Shown here: positions 52,010 through 60,940 of the stretch, in pieces
Layout: each line of letters starts with the position of its first letter
Numbering within the stretch: position 1 is the stretch's first letter
Assembly (NCBI GenBank): GCA_016288155.1
Contig: JAEEYP010000063.1
Coordinates: 222,124 to 286,123, forward strand
Source: Clostridiales bacterium
GTDB taxonomy: Bacteria; Bacillota; Clostridia; Oscillospirales; CAG-272
Direction: 5' to 3'
Length of the DNA: 64,000 nucleotides
Notes under the pieces: model-generated
What the model saw: only the letters and a program-made list of their open reading frames with translations
Told to the model about the DNA's origin: nothing
The model's database searches: none
Translations under genes and position numbers: made by a program

Positions 52010-53308
52010 CTATCTGCGGGGCGGCGCGACGACGCCCATCACCGCCGCTTCCTCACGGAACACGGTTCCAAGCGCTTCGTCGAGTTCTTCCCGCGTGACG
52101 GACAGAACGGCGCGCGGCTCGTCGAACATTTCCTCGCCGTCGAGAACGAAATCCGCGAGCGTCTGCGCCGTCTCGACCGTGTCCTCAAATGAGCGGACGC
52201 TCGCGGCGTAGACGGCGCGGCGGCAACGCTCGAAGGCGTCGGGCGGAATGCCGGTCTTCTTCAGGCGCCCGACGTGCTCCATGAGACGCGTATACACCGC
52301 TTCCGGATCGTCGGACTCGCCCGTGATCTCGTTGTAGGAATACTCGGAGCAGTGCGAAAATCCGTAGGAAAGCTGCGGACCGATCAGCCCCTCCTCGTAC
52401 AGCGCGGTACGCAGCGGGGAGGAGGAAGAGAGCAGCACGGCGTTCAGGATATCGTAAACGCACTGCCGACGCAGCCGGACGGCAGGATCAGGACTGATAT
52501 GCCGATCCTTCAAGGCGATGGTGAACAGCGGCTGTGCGACTTCCATTTCCCGATAGAACCGCCGCGCGGCGACCGTCTCCGGCTCCGCCGGGCGGATGCG
52601 CTCCGCCGTGAAAGGCGGCGCAGGGGCAAGACACCGATCCGCAGTGCGGACGATCGCCGAGGGCGATACGTCCCCGCAGACGAAAAGCGTCATGTTGCGG
52701 AGATTGTAGAACGTATCAAAGCAGGCACGAAGCTGCTCCGGTCCGATCTGCGCGACGGAATCGACCGTCCCAGCCACGGGAATGCGCAGCGGATGCTCAT
52801 GGTACAGCGCGCGCATCGTACCGGCATACAGCGCCTGCCATGGGTCGTCTTCCTCCATGCGGATCTCCTCCGCGATGATCTCCCGCTCCCGCGCGACGGA
52901 TCCTTCCGAAAAATGCGGCTCACGTACCATCCGCAAAAGGATCCCCAGCGCCCGATATACGTGCTCCGTCGCCGTAAAACAGTATTCCGTATACGTCGAG
53001 GAGGTAAACGCGTTGGCGTCCGCGCCGAGCGCGGCAAAATCCTCGAAGGCATCGCCGCCGTCTTCGTTTTCGAACATTTTGTGTTCAAGAAAATGGGCGG
53101 TCCCGTCCGGAACGACGACGGTCGGAGCACCGGGGCACGGGCGAAACGCGCGGTCCCCCGCGCCATACTCGACGGTGAGGAGCACGTGCGCCGCGGAATG
53201 CTTTTTCGGATAGACGTAGATCTCAAGACCGCTCTCATGCGATACGTGCACGTACGCCTCGCCGGGGAACGCGCTGCGATGCCGCTCGTATTTATGCTTC
53301 TTCGTCAT
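52010..53308 (-). CDS. M16-family (pitrilysin/insulinase-like) zinc peptidase, catalytic subunit type
   Basis: HFLEHKMF (HxxEH) zinc motif, 432 aa. Confidence 0.85.
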   Translation of the reverse strand: MTKKHKYERHRSAFPGEAYVHVSHESGLEIYVYPKKHSAAHVLLTVEYGAGDRAFRPCPGAPTVVVPDGTAHFLEHKMFENEDGGDAFEDFAALGADANAFTSSTYTEYCFTATEHVYRALGILLRMVREPHFSEGSVAREREIIAEEIRMEEDDPWQALYAGTMRALYHEHPLRIPVAGTVDSVAQIGPEQLRACFDTFYNLRNMTLFVCGDVSPSAIVRTADRCLAPAPPFTAERIRPAEPETVAARRFYREMEVAQPLFTIALKDRHISPDPAVRLRRQCVYDILNAVLLSSSSPLRTALYEEGLIGPQLSYGFSHCSEYSYNEITGESDDPEAVYTRLMEHVGRLKKTGIPPDAFERCRRAVYAASVRSFEDTVETAQTLADFVLDGEEMFDEPRAVLSVTREELDEALGTVFREEAAVMGVVAPPRR

Positions 53309-54590
53309 CGCCGCCTGCCTTTCCCGCCTCCGTACCGGACAAAAAATACACGGTATCCGCCGTGACGCGGCGCGCCGCCTCAGCCACCTCGCCGCGGGTC
53401 ACCGCCATGACGCGCTCGATCTCCTCCTCCACGGTCGTCTCCTGCCCCGCTAGACGGCGGCCAAGATGCCACGATTCGATGGAATCCGGACCATCGGAAA
53501 GAGAACGGAGCGCCGAACGGATCGAGCGCCGCGCGGCGTCGAGCTCCGATACCGTGATCCTTCCCTCCCGGATCTCGTCGAGCTGATGAAGGATCGCCTC
53601 CTCCGCGGCACGGCGTTTGCCGTCCGCGATCCCGCAGTGCACGAACATCACGCCCTTGAGCCAGTCCGCCGCGGACGAGCAGTCGTAACAGAGGCCGAGC
53701 TTTTCGCGGACGTTCATGAAGAGTTTGGAAGTCGGCGAAGCGCCGTATATCTCGTTGAGCATGAGCAGCAGCGGCCGGCAGCCGTCCGCCTCCGTTAAGC
53801 CGAGGCGGAAGCCGACGGAGAGCCGTCCCTGCCGGACGTCCATTTTATCCGTCACGTGCCGCACGCGCGGCGCGCTCCGTATGACCTCCGTCTTCGGAAA
53901 CGGATTTTCCGTGCGGGGCCAGGCGCCGAACGCATCGGCAAACAGGCGCGCGGTGCGGTCCGCGTCGCCGCGCCCGATGCAGAAGATCTCGCACGGAGCG
54001 TCCGTCAGCACGCGGCGGTGGACTTTCGTCAGCGCGGCGGGATCCGCCGCGGCGGCGTCCTCCTCGCGTCCGAGCGTCGAGGCGCCGTACGCTTCTCTTT
54101 GACACATGACGCGGCGGCACCGCATGGCGGCGTAGACGGATTTGTCGTTGATCCGGGAACGGATCGCGTCCGTGAGCGTCTTCTTCTCGCTTTCCGTATA
54201 GTCCTCTCGAAAGACGCCGTTCTCCGTAAGCGGCGAAAACCACAGATCCCGCATGACGGCGAGCGTCTCGCCGAAGATGTCCTCCCCTGCCGGAGCAACG
54301 GAACCGTCGAGCATCCATGCCGACTGCGTCAGGAGTTGGATCTCGCCGCGCCGCCCGGAAGCGGAGGCGGCGAGACGCGCGTCGTAGAGCATCTGCAGCC
54401 GCTCGGTCAGCGCCGCGAGCGTCGGATACGGCGCGCAGCCGCGCCGAAGCACATAAGGAAGCAGCGAATGGAGCGCCGCGTCCCTCTCCCGCAGCGGCAG
54501 AAGAAAGCGGAGAGAAACGTAATCCGAATGGAACCGATCCGTCGCCATACGGTTCAGATATACGCCGGGGGCGATGCGGATCCGTTCCAT
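53292..54590 (-). CDS. M16-family peptidase-like protein lacking HxxEH (non-catalytic partner type)
   Basis: Same size and architecture as the neighbour, but the zinc-motif position reads LLPYVLRRG. 17-nt overlap with the downstream gene. GGAAGGAG SD. Confidence 0.8.
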   Translation of the reverse strand: MERIRIAPGVYLNRMATDRFHSDYVSLRFLLPLRERDAALHSLLPYVLRRGCAPYPTLAALTERLQMLYDARLAASASGRRGEIQLLTQSAWMLDGSVAPAGEDIFGETLAVMRDLWFSPLTENGVFREDYTESEKKTLTDAIRSRINDKSVYAAMRCRRVMCQREAYGASTLGREEDAAAADPAALTKVHRRVLTDAPCEIFCIGRGDADRTARLFADAFGAWPRTENPFPKTEVIRSAPRVRHVTDKMDVRQGRLSVGFRLGLTEADGCRPLLLMLNEIYGASPTSKLFMNVREKLGLCYDCSSAADWLKGVMFVHCGIADGKRRAAEEAILHQLDEIREGRITVSELDAARRSIRSALRSLSDGPDSIESWHLGRRLAGQETTVEEEIERVMAVTRGEVAEAARRVTADTVYFLSGTEAGKAGGDDEEA

Positions 54591-54625
54591 ACAGCGTTTC
54601 TCCTTCCGATGCGGTCGATACGTAT

Positions 54626-54654
54626 ATTGTAATACAAACCGCGCCGTAAATCAA
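54626..54654 (-). promoter_or_regulatory. sigma-A promoter candidate for the M16 pair operon
   Basis: Minus strand TTGATT (54654-54649), 17 nt, TACAAT (54631-54626). Confidence 0.55.
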
Positions 54655-54682
54655 GGAATTTGCGTAATTTCGTCCGGAAATG

Positions 54683-54714
54683 AAAACCGCCCCCGCCGAT
54701 TGGGGGCGGGGGCA
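54683..54714 (-). terminator. rho-independent terminator after asnA
   Basis: GCCCCCGCC/GGCGGGGGC stem followed on the minus strand by GGTTTTCATTTCC. Confidence 0.7.
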
Positions 54715-54720
54715 CGGGAT

Positions 54721-55725
54721 TCAAAGCAGCGTCACGCCGCGCCGCGCGCATTCGCGCAGCATCTCCTCCGGCCAGACGGAGGACTGCACCTCGCCGATGT
54801 GCGCCTTGCGCAGAAAGAACATGCACATGCGGGACTGACCGATCCCGCCGCCGATAGTATACGGCAGTTCGCCCGCAAGCAGCGCGCGGTGAAACGGCAG
54901 CGACGCCCGTTCGGGGCATCCGGCGAGCGCGAGCTGACGGCGCATCGCGTCCTCGTCCACGCGGATCCCCATGGAGGACAACTCGAACGCCATATCGAGC
55001 ACCGGGTAGTATACGAGGATATCGCCGTTCAGCGACCAATCGTCGTAGTCCGGTGCGCGTCCGTCGTGCGGGACGCCGGAACGGAGCTTTCCGCCGATCT
55101 GCGAAACGAACACGGCGCCCTTCTCCCGCGCGATGCGGTTCTCGCGTTCCTTCGGGGAAAGCGCGGGATACGTGTCTTCGAGCTCCTGCGAGGAAATGAA
55201 GAAGATCTCCTCGGGGAGCTGACGCCCGATGAACTCGTAATCCGTCGTGATATACCGCTCCGTATGACGAAGCACGCGGTAGATGGCGCGGACGGTGCGG
55301 TGCAGCGTCTCCTCTGTCCGATCCTCGCGGGCGATGACCTTCTCCCAGTCCCACTGATCGACGAAGAGCGAATGGATGCTGTCCGGGATCTCGTCCCGGC
55401 GGATCGCGTTCATATCGGTGTACAATCCCTCGTCGCGCTGAAAGCCGTAGCGCGCCAGCGCCATACGCTTCCACTTGGCGAGAGAATGGACGATCTCCAT
55501 TTTCCCGCCGTCCGGAAGGTCGAAAGCGACCGGACGCTCCACACCGTTCAGATTGTCGTTGAGACCGCTTGCGGCGTCGACGAACAACGGCGCGGACACG
55601 CGCGTCAGATTCAGCTCGATCGCAAGATCGTGCTCAAAAAAATCCTTGATCTTCTTTATGGCGATCTGCGTCTGACGAAGATCGAGGATGGATCGGTATC
55701 CGTCGGGGATCACGGGAGTTGCCAT
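54721..55725 (-). CDS. asnA: aspartate--ammonia ligase (asparagine synthetase A)
   Basis: 334 aa. QTQIAIKKIKDFFEHDLAIELNLTRVSAPLFV...GLNDNLNGVERPV and C-terminal GGGIGQSRMCMFFL are AsnA hallmarks. Confidence 0.9.
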   Translation of the reverse strand: MATPVIPDGYRSILDLRQTQIAIKKIKDFFEHDLAIELNLTRVSAPLFVDAASGLNDNLNGVERPVAFDLPDGGKMEIVHSLAKWKRMALARYGFQRDEGLYTDMNAIRRDEIPDSIHSLFVDQWDWEKVIAREDRTEETLHRTVRAIYRVLRHTERYITTDYEFIGRQLPEEIFFISSQELEDTYPALSPKERENRIAREKGAVFVSQIGGKLRSGVPHDGRAPDYDDWSLNGDILVYYPVLDMAFELSSMGIRVDEDAMRRQLALAGCPERASLPFHRALLAGELPYTIGGGIGQSRMCMFFLRKAHIGEVQSSVWPEEMLRECARRGVTLL

Positions 55726-55755
55726 ATGCGGCTCCTTTCTTTACCGAGAAAGCGA

Positions 55756-57240
55756 TTATCGGTGGAACAGTTTTTTCGTCTGATATTTCGGCTCGCAGGT
55801 AAGATTCATGCCGAGTTTGGAGAAGACCGTCTCGTCCACGCGGGACAAAATCACGCTCGAATGCGCCTCGCAGTAGCGAAGCGCGGAAAGCGCGTCGACG
55901 GCGCGGGCGGCGTTCGGATCCGTCGTCGCGCAGATCGACAGCGCGATCAGGATCTCGTCCATATGCAGCCGGGGATTGTGGTTGCCGAGGTGCTGTACCT
56001 TCATCTGAGAGATCGGCTCGATGACGGCGGGAGAGATGAGGTGGATCCCGTCGTCGATCCCCGCGAGCACCTTCAGCGCGTTGAGCAGCGCGGCGGAAGA
56101 AGCGCCGAGGAGCGAGGAGGTCTTTCCGGTCACCACACGGCCGTCCGGAAGCTCGATGGCGGCGCCGGGCTCGCCCGTCCTGTCGGCGACCGAGAGCGCC
56201 GCGGCGACGACCGGACGCTCATCCGTTTTGATGCCGAGGCTGTTCATGAGCAGCTCCATGCGGTAGCTGACGCTCACGTCGAAATTTCCCTGCCTTACGG
56301 CGCACGCCGTCATGTAATAGCGGCGGATGATCTCCTGCCGCGCCGCCTCGCAGACGGCGTCGTCGTCGAAGATGCAGAAGCCCGCCATATTGACGCCCAT
56401 GTCCGTCGGGCTGCGGTACGGCGATTCGCTGTAGATCTGCCGGAAGATCGCGTTGAGAACGGGAAAGATCTCGATGTCGCGGTTGTAGTTGACCGTCGTC
56501 TTCCCGTACGCCTCAAGGTGGAACGGGTCGATCATGTTCACGTCGTTCAGATCGGCGGTCGCCGCCTCGTAGGCGACGTTCACCGGATGCTTGAGCGGCA
56601 GGTTCCATATCGGGAACGTCTCGAACTTCGCGTAGCCCGCGCGGATGCCGCGCAGATTCTCGTGATAGAGCTGGGAGAGGCACGTCGCCATCTTCCCGCT
56701 GCCCGGACCGGGCGCGGTGATGACGACGAGCGAACGGCTCGTCTCGATGTACTCGTTCTTCCCGAAGCCGTTTTCGCTGACGATCAGCGATACATTGGAG
56801 GGATACTCCGGGATCGTATAGTGACGGTAGGTCTTGACGCCGAGAGAATTCAGCCGCTTCTCAAACGCCTCCGCCGTGTGCTGCGCGCCCCAGCGCGTGA
56901 TGACGACGGAACCGACGTAGAGCCCGATGCCGCGGAAGGCGTCGATGAGTCGGAGCACGTCGAGGTCGTAGGTGATCCCGATATCGCCGCGCACCTTGTT
57001 CTTTTCAATGTCGTCCGCGCTGATGACGATGACGATCTCCGCCTGATCGCGCAGCTCCATGAGCATCCGGATCTTGCTGTCCGGCGCGAAACCCGGCAGC
57101 ACGCGGGAGGCATGATAGTCGTCGAAAAGCTTGCCGCCGAATTCAAGATACAGCTTGCCGCCGAAGGAGGCGATCCGATCTCGGATGCACTGGGACTGCA
57201 TTTTCAGGTACTTTTCGTTGTCGAAACCGATCTTCCGCAT
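55756..57240 (-). CDS. DUF1846 (UPF0371) family protein
   Basis: 494 aa. IGFDNEKYLKMQSQCIRDRIASFGGKLYLEFGGKLFDDYHASRVLPGFAPDSK is the characteristic N-terminus of this family. Confidence 0.85.
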   Translation of the reverse strand: MRKIGFDNEKYLKMQSQCIRDRIASFGGKLYLEFGGKLFDDYHASRVLPGFAPDSKIRMLMELRDQAEIVIVISADDIEKNKVRGDIGITYDLDVLRLIDAFRGIGLYVGSVVITRWGAQHTAEAFEKRLNSLGVKTYRHYTIPEYPSNVSLIVSENGFGKNEYIETSRSLVVITAPGPGSGKMATCLSQLYHENLRGIRAGYAKFETFPIWNLPLKHPVNVAYEAATADLNDVNMIDPFHLEAYGKTTVNYNRDIEIFPVLNAIFRQIYSESPYRSPTDMGVNMAGFCIFDDDAVCEAARQEIIRRYYMTACAVRQGNFDVSVSYRMELLMNSLGIKTDERPVVAAALSVADRTGEPGAAIELPDGRVVTGKTSSLLGASSAALLNALKVLAGIDDGIHLISPAVIEPISQMKVQHLGNHNPRLHMDEILIALSICATTDPNAARAVDALSALRYCEAHSSVILSRVDETVFSKLGMNLTCEPKYQTKKLFHR

Positions 57241-57267
57241 ACACTGTCACCGTCCGAAACGTATTGT

Positions 57268-57297
57268 AAAAAAAGAAAAACACCGCAGGCGGTGTCC
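57268..57297 (-). terminator. intrinsic terminator inside the 5' leader of the DUF1846-asnA operon (attenuator candidate)
   Basis: Minus strand ACACCG-CCUG-CGGUGU followed by UUUUUCUUUUUUU. Lies ~25 nt after the predicted TSS and ~28 nt before the ATG at 57240. Confidence 0.55.
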
Positions 57298-57322
57298 GCA
57301 ACGCTTCTTGCGAGCACGGTAC

Positions 57323-57351
57323 AGTATACCATATTCCGACGCAAATTGCAA
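57323..57351 (-). promoter_or_regulatory. sigma-A promoter candidate of the DUF1846-asnA operon
   Basis: Minus strand TTGCAA (57351-57346), 17 nt, TATACT (57328-57323), with TGn extended -10. Confidence 0.55.
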
Positions 57352-57412
57352 GACGGTACGGCATAATTCTTTCGGATTTTCGCGCGGTTTCGGCAAATCG
57401 GCCTCTTTCCCC

Positions 57413-57441
57413 TTGACGGCGGCGCAGAGAATCGGTATAAT
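57413..57441 (+). promoter_or_regulatory. sigma-A promoter candidate of the secreted SGNH hydrolase gene
   Basis: TTGACG (57413-57418), 17 nt, TATAAT (57436-57441). Confidence 0.6.
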
Positions 57442-57453
57442 TGGGGGAAGAAT

Positions 57454-58488
57454 ATGAAAAAGAAAAGCCGAAAGGAAGGAGATATCGCGCGCATGAAGGG
57501 ACGGATGCTCATTGCCTGCGTATTGGCGGCGATCCTCTGTCTGCCCTCCGCGGGCACGGGACGGGAGAAGCCGTATCTCGCCGCCTTCGGCGACTCGATC
57601 ACGACGGGATTCACCCTGCCCGGCGGACGGTACGACTGCGCGAGCTGGCTGAATCTGACGGCGGAGACGCTCGGGCTCGGGGAGGATGATTACGTGAACT
57701 TCGCGGAGAACGGCGCGCGCGCCGCCGACGTTCTCGCGCAGATCCGCGCGCACACGGACGAGGTACGCCGCGCGAGGATCCTCGTGTTCGACGTCGGCTA
57801 CAACGATATTCTGGGCACTCTGTACGACACGATGGCAAACGCACTCGGCGAGTACGCCGCGGCACGCCTGCCCGAAACGTGGGAAGCCCTGACGGAACAA
57901 GAAAAAGAAACGCTGTGCTCGCGTCTCACGGCAGCGGCACAGACGGAAACGTTCCGGGCGATCCTTGCAGCGTTCCGCGACGGCGTCAAAGAGATCCTCG
58001 GCGCGCTGCGGGAAGCGAACCCGGACGCGCGGATCTATATGCAGTCGATCTACAATCCCTTCGCGGCGTGGGATGCGCTGCGGGCATATTCGGACGCCGT
58101 CGTCGGCAGCGTCAATCGGATCCTGTGCGAGGAGGCGGAGGAGGCAGGATGCAGATTCCTCGACGTGTTCGCCGCGTTCCGCGATCACGAAAAGCTATAC
58201 ACGAATATGGAGCATTATGACATCCATCCGAGCGAGGCGGGACACGCCGCCATCGGCGCGCTCTTTCTCGACGCGCTGCGTGCGGACGGATATCTCGCCG
58301 ACCGGGACGGCAGTAACGACGATGCGTCGTTGACGGAGTCGTCTTCCGCCGCGCCGATCGAAACGCGACAGCCGGATACACAGGAAAACGCAAGCACCGC
58401 GCCCGGCGGACAGCTTCTTCTTCTCGCCGCCGTCGGCGCGGCGGCCGCCGCCGCAGCGGTCCTTTACCGTCGCCGAAGGCGCCCGTAA
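57454..58488 (+). CDS. secreted SGNH/GDSL hydrolase with C-terminal hydrophobic anchor and poly-Arg tail
   Basis: Signal-like MLIACVLAAILCLPSAG, block I AAFGDSITTG, block III GYNDIL, C-terminus LLLLAAVGAAAAAAAVLYRRRRRP. The -10 lies only 12 nt from ATG 57454, so the internal ATG 57493 (MKGRMLIAC, GGAAGGAG upstream) may be the real start. Confidence 0.8.
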   Translation: MKKKSRKEGDIARMKGRMLIACVLAAILCLPSAGTGREKPYLAAFGDSITTGFTLPGGRYDCASWLNLTAETLGLGEDDYVNFAENGARAADVLAQIRAHTDEVRRARILVFDVGYNDILGTLYDTMANALGEYAAARLPETWEALTEQEKETLCSRLTAAAQTETFRAILAAFRDGVKEILGALREANPDARIYMQSIYNPFAAWDALRAYSDAVVGSVNRILCEEAEEAGCRFLDVFAAFRDHEKLYTNMEHYDIHPSEAGHAAIGALFLDALRADGYLADRDGSNDDASLTESSSAAPIETRQPDTQENASTAPGGQLLLLAAVGAAAAAAAVLYRRRRRP

Positions 58489-58521
58489 AGCACTCCCGGT
58501 CCGCGGCGGAGTTTCCGTTAT

Positions 58522-59208
58522 TTACGGACGCGGGCAGAACGCCGCCTCGGCGGCGCGGCGCACGTGGTCGAGCAGCGCCCTCATATCCGGCGCGCGGTAT
58601 GCCGCCGTCCCGACGACAAAGACGTTCGCTCCCGCCCCTGCGGTGCGGGCGGCGTTTTCCGCGTTGATCCCGCCGTCGACCTGTATGTCGACCGGACGGC
58701 CGAGACGGTTTGCCGCGCGGCGGACGGCGGCGATCTTCGGCAGCATGTCCGCCATGAATTTCTGTCCTCCGAACCCTGGCTCCACCGTCATCACGAGCAC
58801 CATGTCCGCGTGCGGCAGAAGCGCCGTCACGCTCTCCGCCGATATCTTCGGCCGCAGGGAAACGGACGGGATCATCCCCGCGGCGCGGATAGCGTCGAGG
58901 ACGCCGATCATCTCCGCCTCCGTCAGACCGATATCGTTGTGGACGGTCACGATCGCGGCACCCGCCGTCTTCAGCGCCTCGATATATTTCTGCGGCGCGC
59001 AGGTCATCATGTGTACGTCGAGCGGGAGTGCGGAAACGGTGCCGACGGCGCGGATGATATCGAAGCCGAAGCTGATGTTCGGCACGAACACGCCGTCCAT
59101 GACGTCACAGTGGAGAAGCTCCGCCCCGGCCGCTTCCGTGCGGCGCACCTCCTCTTCGAGGTGCAGAAAATCACAGGCGAGAAGCGAGGGGGAAATACGG
59201 ATCTGCAT
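58522..59208 (-). CDS. rpe: ribulose-phosphate 3-epimerase
   Basis: ISPSLLACDFLHLEEEV...LHCDVMDGVFVPNISFG and MTVEPGFGGQKF motifs. Confidence 0.9.
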   Translation of the reverse strand: MQIRISPSLLACDFLHLEEEVRRTEAAGAELLHCDVMDGVFVPNISFGFDIIRAVGTVSALPLDVHMMTCAPQKYIEALKTAGAAIVTVHNDIGLTEAEMIGVLDAIRAAGMIPSVSLRPKISAESVTALLPHADMVLVMTVEPGFGGQKFMADMLPKIAAVRRAANRLGRPVDIQVDGGINAENAARTAGAGANVFVVGTAAYRAPDMRALLDHVRRAAEAAFCPRP

Positions 59209-59365
59209 GGTATCGTCCTTTCTGCACGCACCGGACGCCGTGTCATTTCCGGTGCGCCGTCATAGAATAATAGAGGCTGAAAATCCGACGCTGCGGGCGG
59301 CGCTCAGACGCTGAAAAACCAAGGACGTGAACCGCACCGCGCCGCACGGGCCGATTCATATACGG

Positions 59366-59395
59366 GAAGATGCTCCGTGACCGCGGAGCATCTTC
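59366..59395 (-). terminator. 12-bp perfect hairpin just downstream of ispF (terminator-like, no clear U tract)
   Basis: GAAGATGCTCCG-tgaccg-CGGAGCATCTTC, 30 nt after the ispF stop. Confidence 0.4.
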
Positions 59396-59424
59396 TGTTT
59401 ACTCCGATATCAGAGGATTCGCGT

Positions 59425-59895
59425 TCATTCTTCGAGAAGGCAGACGGCGTGCGCCGCGAGTCCCGTCAGCGTTCCCGTGAAGCCCATATGCTCCTCCGTC
59501 GTCGCCTTGACGTTGACGCGGGAGGGATCGACCTCGCAGGCGGCGGCTATGCGCCGACGCATTTCTCCGATGTACGCCGCCATCCGCGGCGCCTGAGCTA
59601 CGACGGTACAATCTATATATTCGACAAAAAAGCCGGCGTCGCGCACGCGGCGCGCCGCGTCGGAGAGGAGCGCCATGCTGTCCGCGCCCTCGTACGCCGG
59701 GTCCGTATCGGGATACGCGGCGCCGATATCGCGCATGCCCGCCGCGCCGAAGAGCGCGTCGATGACCGCGTGGGCAAGCGTATCCCCGTCGGAGTGCGCG
59801 TCGATGCGCAGATCCGTCGGGATCCGCACGCCGCCGAGGACAAAGGGACGCTGCGTCCCGAAGCGGTGCGCGTCGTATCCGTGTCCGATCCTCAT
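59425..59895 (-). CDS. ispF: 2-C-methyl-D-erythritol 2,4-cyclodiphosphate synthase
   Basis: Start at MRIGHGYDAHRF (ATG 59895, ATGA overlap with ispD). HSDGDTLAHAVIDALFGA motif, 156 aa. Confidence 0.9.
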   Translation of the reverse strand: MRIGHGYDAHRFGTQRPFVLGGVRIPTDLRIDAHSDGDTLAHAVIDALFGAAGMRDIGAAYPDTDPAYEGADSMALLSDAARRVRDAGFFVEYIDCTVVAQAPRMAAYIGEMRRRIAAACEVDPSRVNVKATTEEHMGFTGTLTGLAAHAVCLLEE

Positions 59896-60737
59896 TTCTT
59901 CTCCTCCTTCTCCGCCGCGAGCACGCGGGCAACGGCGTCCGGCGGATCCCCGGCGGCGCGCCGCGCTTCTTCTTCTGCCGCCTCGGCGCGGCGGCGCAGG
60001 ATCGTCTCGGCGACGTACGCGTCGTCCGGGACAGTCAGCTTCATGTTCCGTGAGCCGCAGTCCACAAGGTGCACCTTGAAACCGAGGCGCTCGACGAGCG
60101 CGCTGTCGTCCGTCGCACGGACGTGATCCCGCTCCGCCATATACACGGCGGCGCGATACATATCGGCAAGGAAGACCTGCGGCGTCTTCGCCAGCCATAT
60201 CTCTTTCCGTTCGAGCGACTCGGCGACGTCGCCGGAGGGATCCGCACGCTTCACGGAATCGACGGACGGCTCCGCCGCCACGGCGGCGCCGCAGCGGTAC
60301 GCACAGCGCACGGTATCGTTAATGATCTTCTCCGTGACGAGGCATCGTGCGCCGTCGTGGATCGCGATGTATTCCGCGCCGTCCGAGATCGCGTCGGAAC
60401 CGATGCGGGCGGACGCCTGCCGATCCTCGCCGCCGACGACAATCTTCGTCACCTTGCCGAGGCCGTACTCTTCTCTGTATTCCTCGCAGCGGCGGACGTC
60501 CTCCGGGCGCGTCACGATGACGATCTCGGAGATACACTCGGACGCCTCGAACGCGCGCAGCGTATGCACGAGCGCCGGAACGGAGAGGAGCGGCACGAAC
60601 TGCTTCCTGCCCTGCTCCACCCCGAAGCGTTCCCCGGAACCGGCAGCCAGGATCACCGCCGAGGTGGGGTGGCGCCGAGGATCCTCAGCGGAAAAAGTGC
60701 GGAGCAGTTCCGCCGTCATTTCCAGAAGACTCATCAT
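59892..60737 (-). CDS. ispD: 2-C-methyl-D-erythritol 4-phosphate cytidylyltransferase (with charged C-terminal tail)
   Basis: AVILAAGSGERFG P-loop-like motif, IVIVTRPED, AIHDGARCL. About 40 aa of Ala/Glu/Arg/Lys-rich tail. Confidence 0.9.
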   Translation of the reverse strand: MMSLLEMTAELLRTFSAEDPRRHPTSAVILAAGSGERFGVEQGRKQFVPLLSVPALVHTLRAFEASECISEIVIVTRPEDVRRCEEYREEYGLGKVTKIVVGGEDRQASARIGSDAISDGAEYIAIHDGARCLVTEKIINDTVRCAYRCGAAVAAEPSVDSVKRADPSGDVAESLERKEIWLAKTPQVFLADMYRAAVYMAERDHVRATDDSALVERLGFKVHLVDCGSRNMKLTVPDDAYVAETILRRRAEAAEEEARRAAGDPPDAVARVLAAEKEEKK

Positions 60738-60868
60738 CGTTTTCCGCCTTTCCTTGTCATGGACGCGGGACGCCGCGTCCGCATGGGTGTATTATAGCAT
60801 ATTCCGGGCGGAAATGAAACGGTTTTGCGTCATTTTTCCGTCCCGCGGCAAAAAAATCCCCCAAACCC

Positions 60869-60897
60869 TTGCGCTTTTCTGTACGACGTGGTATCAT
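60869..60897 (+). promoter_or_regulatory. sigma-A promoter candidate of pepD
   Basis: TTGCGC (60869-60874), 17 nt, TATCAT (60892-60897), with TGn extended -10. Confidence 0.5.
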
Positions 60898-60940
60898 AAT
60901 AGCACATAGCATCGTATTTATCAGCCGCCGGAGGTATCTC

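Noticed and set aside
5797-57366. Seven very long ORFs (728-932 aa) antisense to real genes: 5797..7983, 8937..11663, 13012..15390, 23265..26063, 34645..37419, 39621..42401, 54574..57366. Dozens of 60-480-aa ORFs show the same behaviour.
   Set aside because: Each lies in the codon-aligned antisense frame of genes with clear family motifs (GH36, PBP1A, DnaE, IspA/SBP, DUF5107, AsnA/DUF1846). Their translations are Arg/Ala/Gly/Val/Asp-rich with no recognisable motifs, no SD-start pairs and no respect for gene boundaries. This is the expected shadow-ORF effect in GC-rich genomes that avoid TTA/CTA/TCA codons.
59209-59365. The 216-bp ispF-rpe spacer, with several hairpins (for example GCACCGGA...TCCGGTGC at 59228-59255), as a riboswitch or ncRNA.
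   Set aside because: I found no recognisable riboswitch core motifs, no convincing promoter, and no terminator with a U tract. Only the 12-bp hairpin after ispF is listed, at low confidence.
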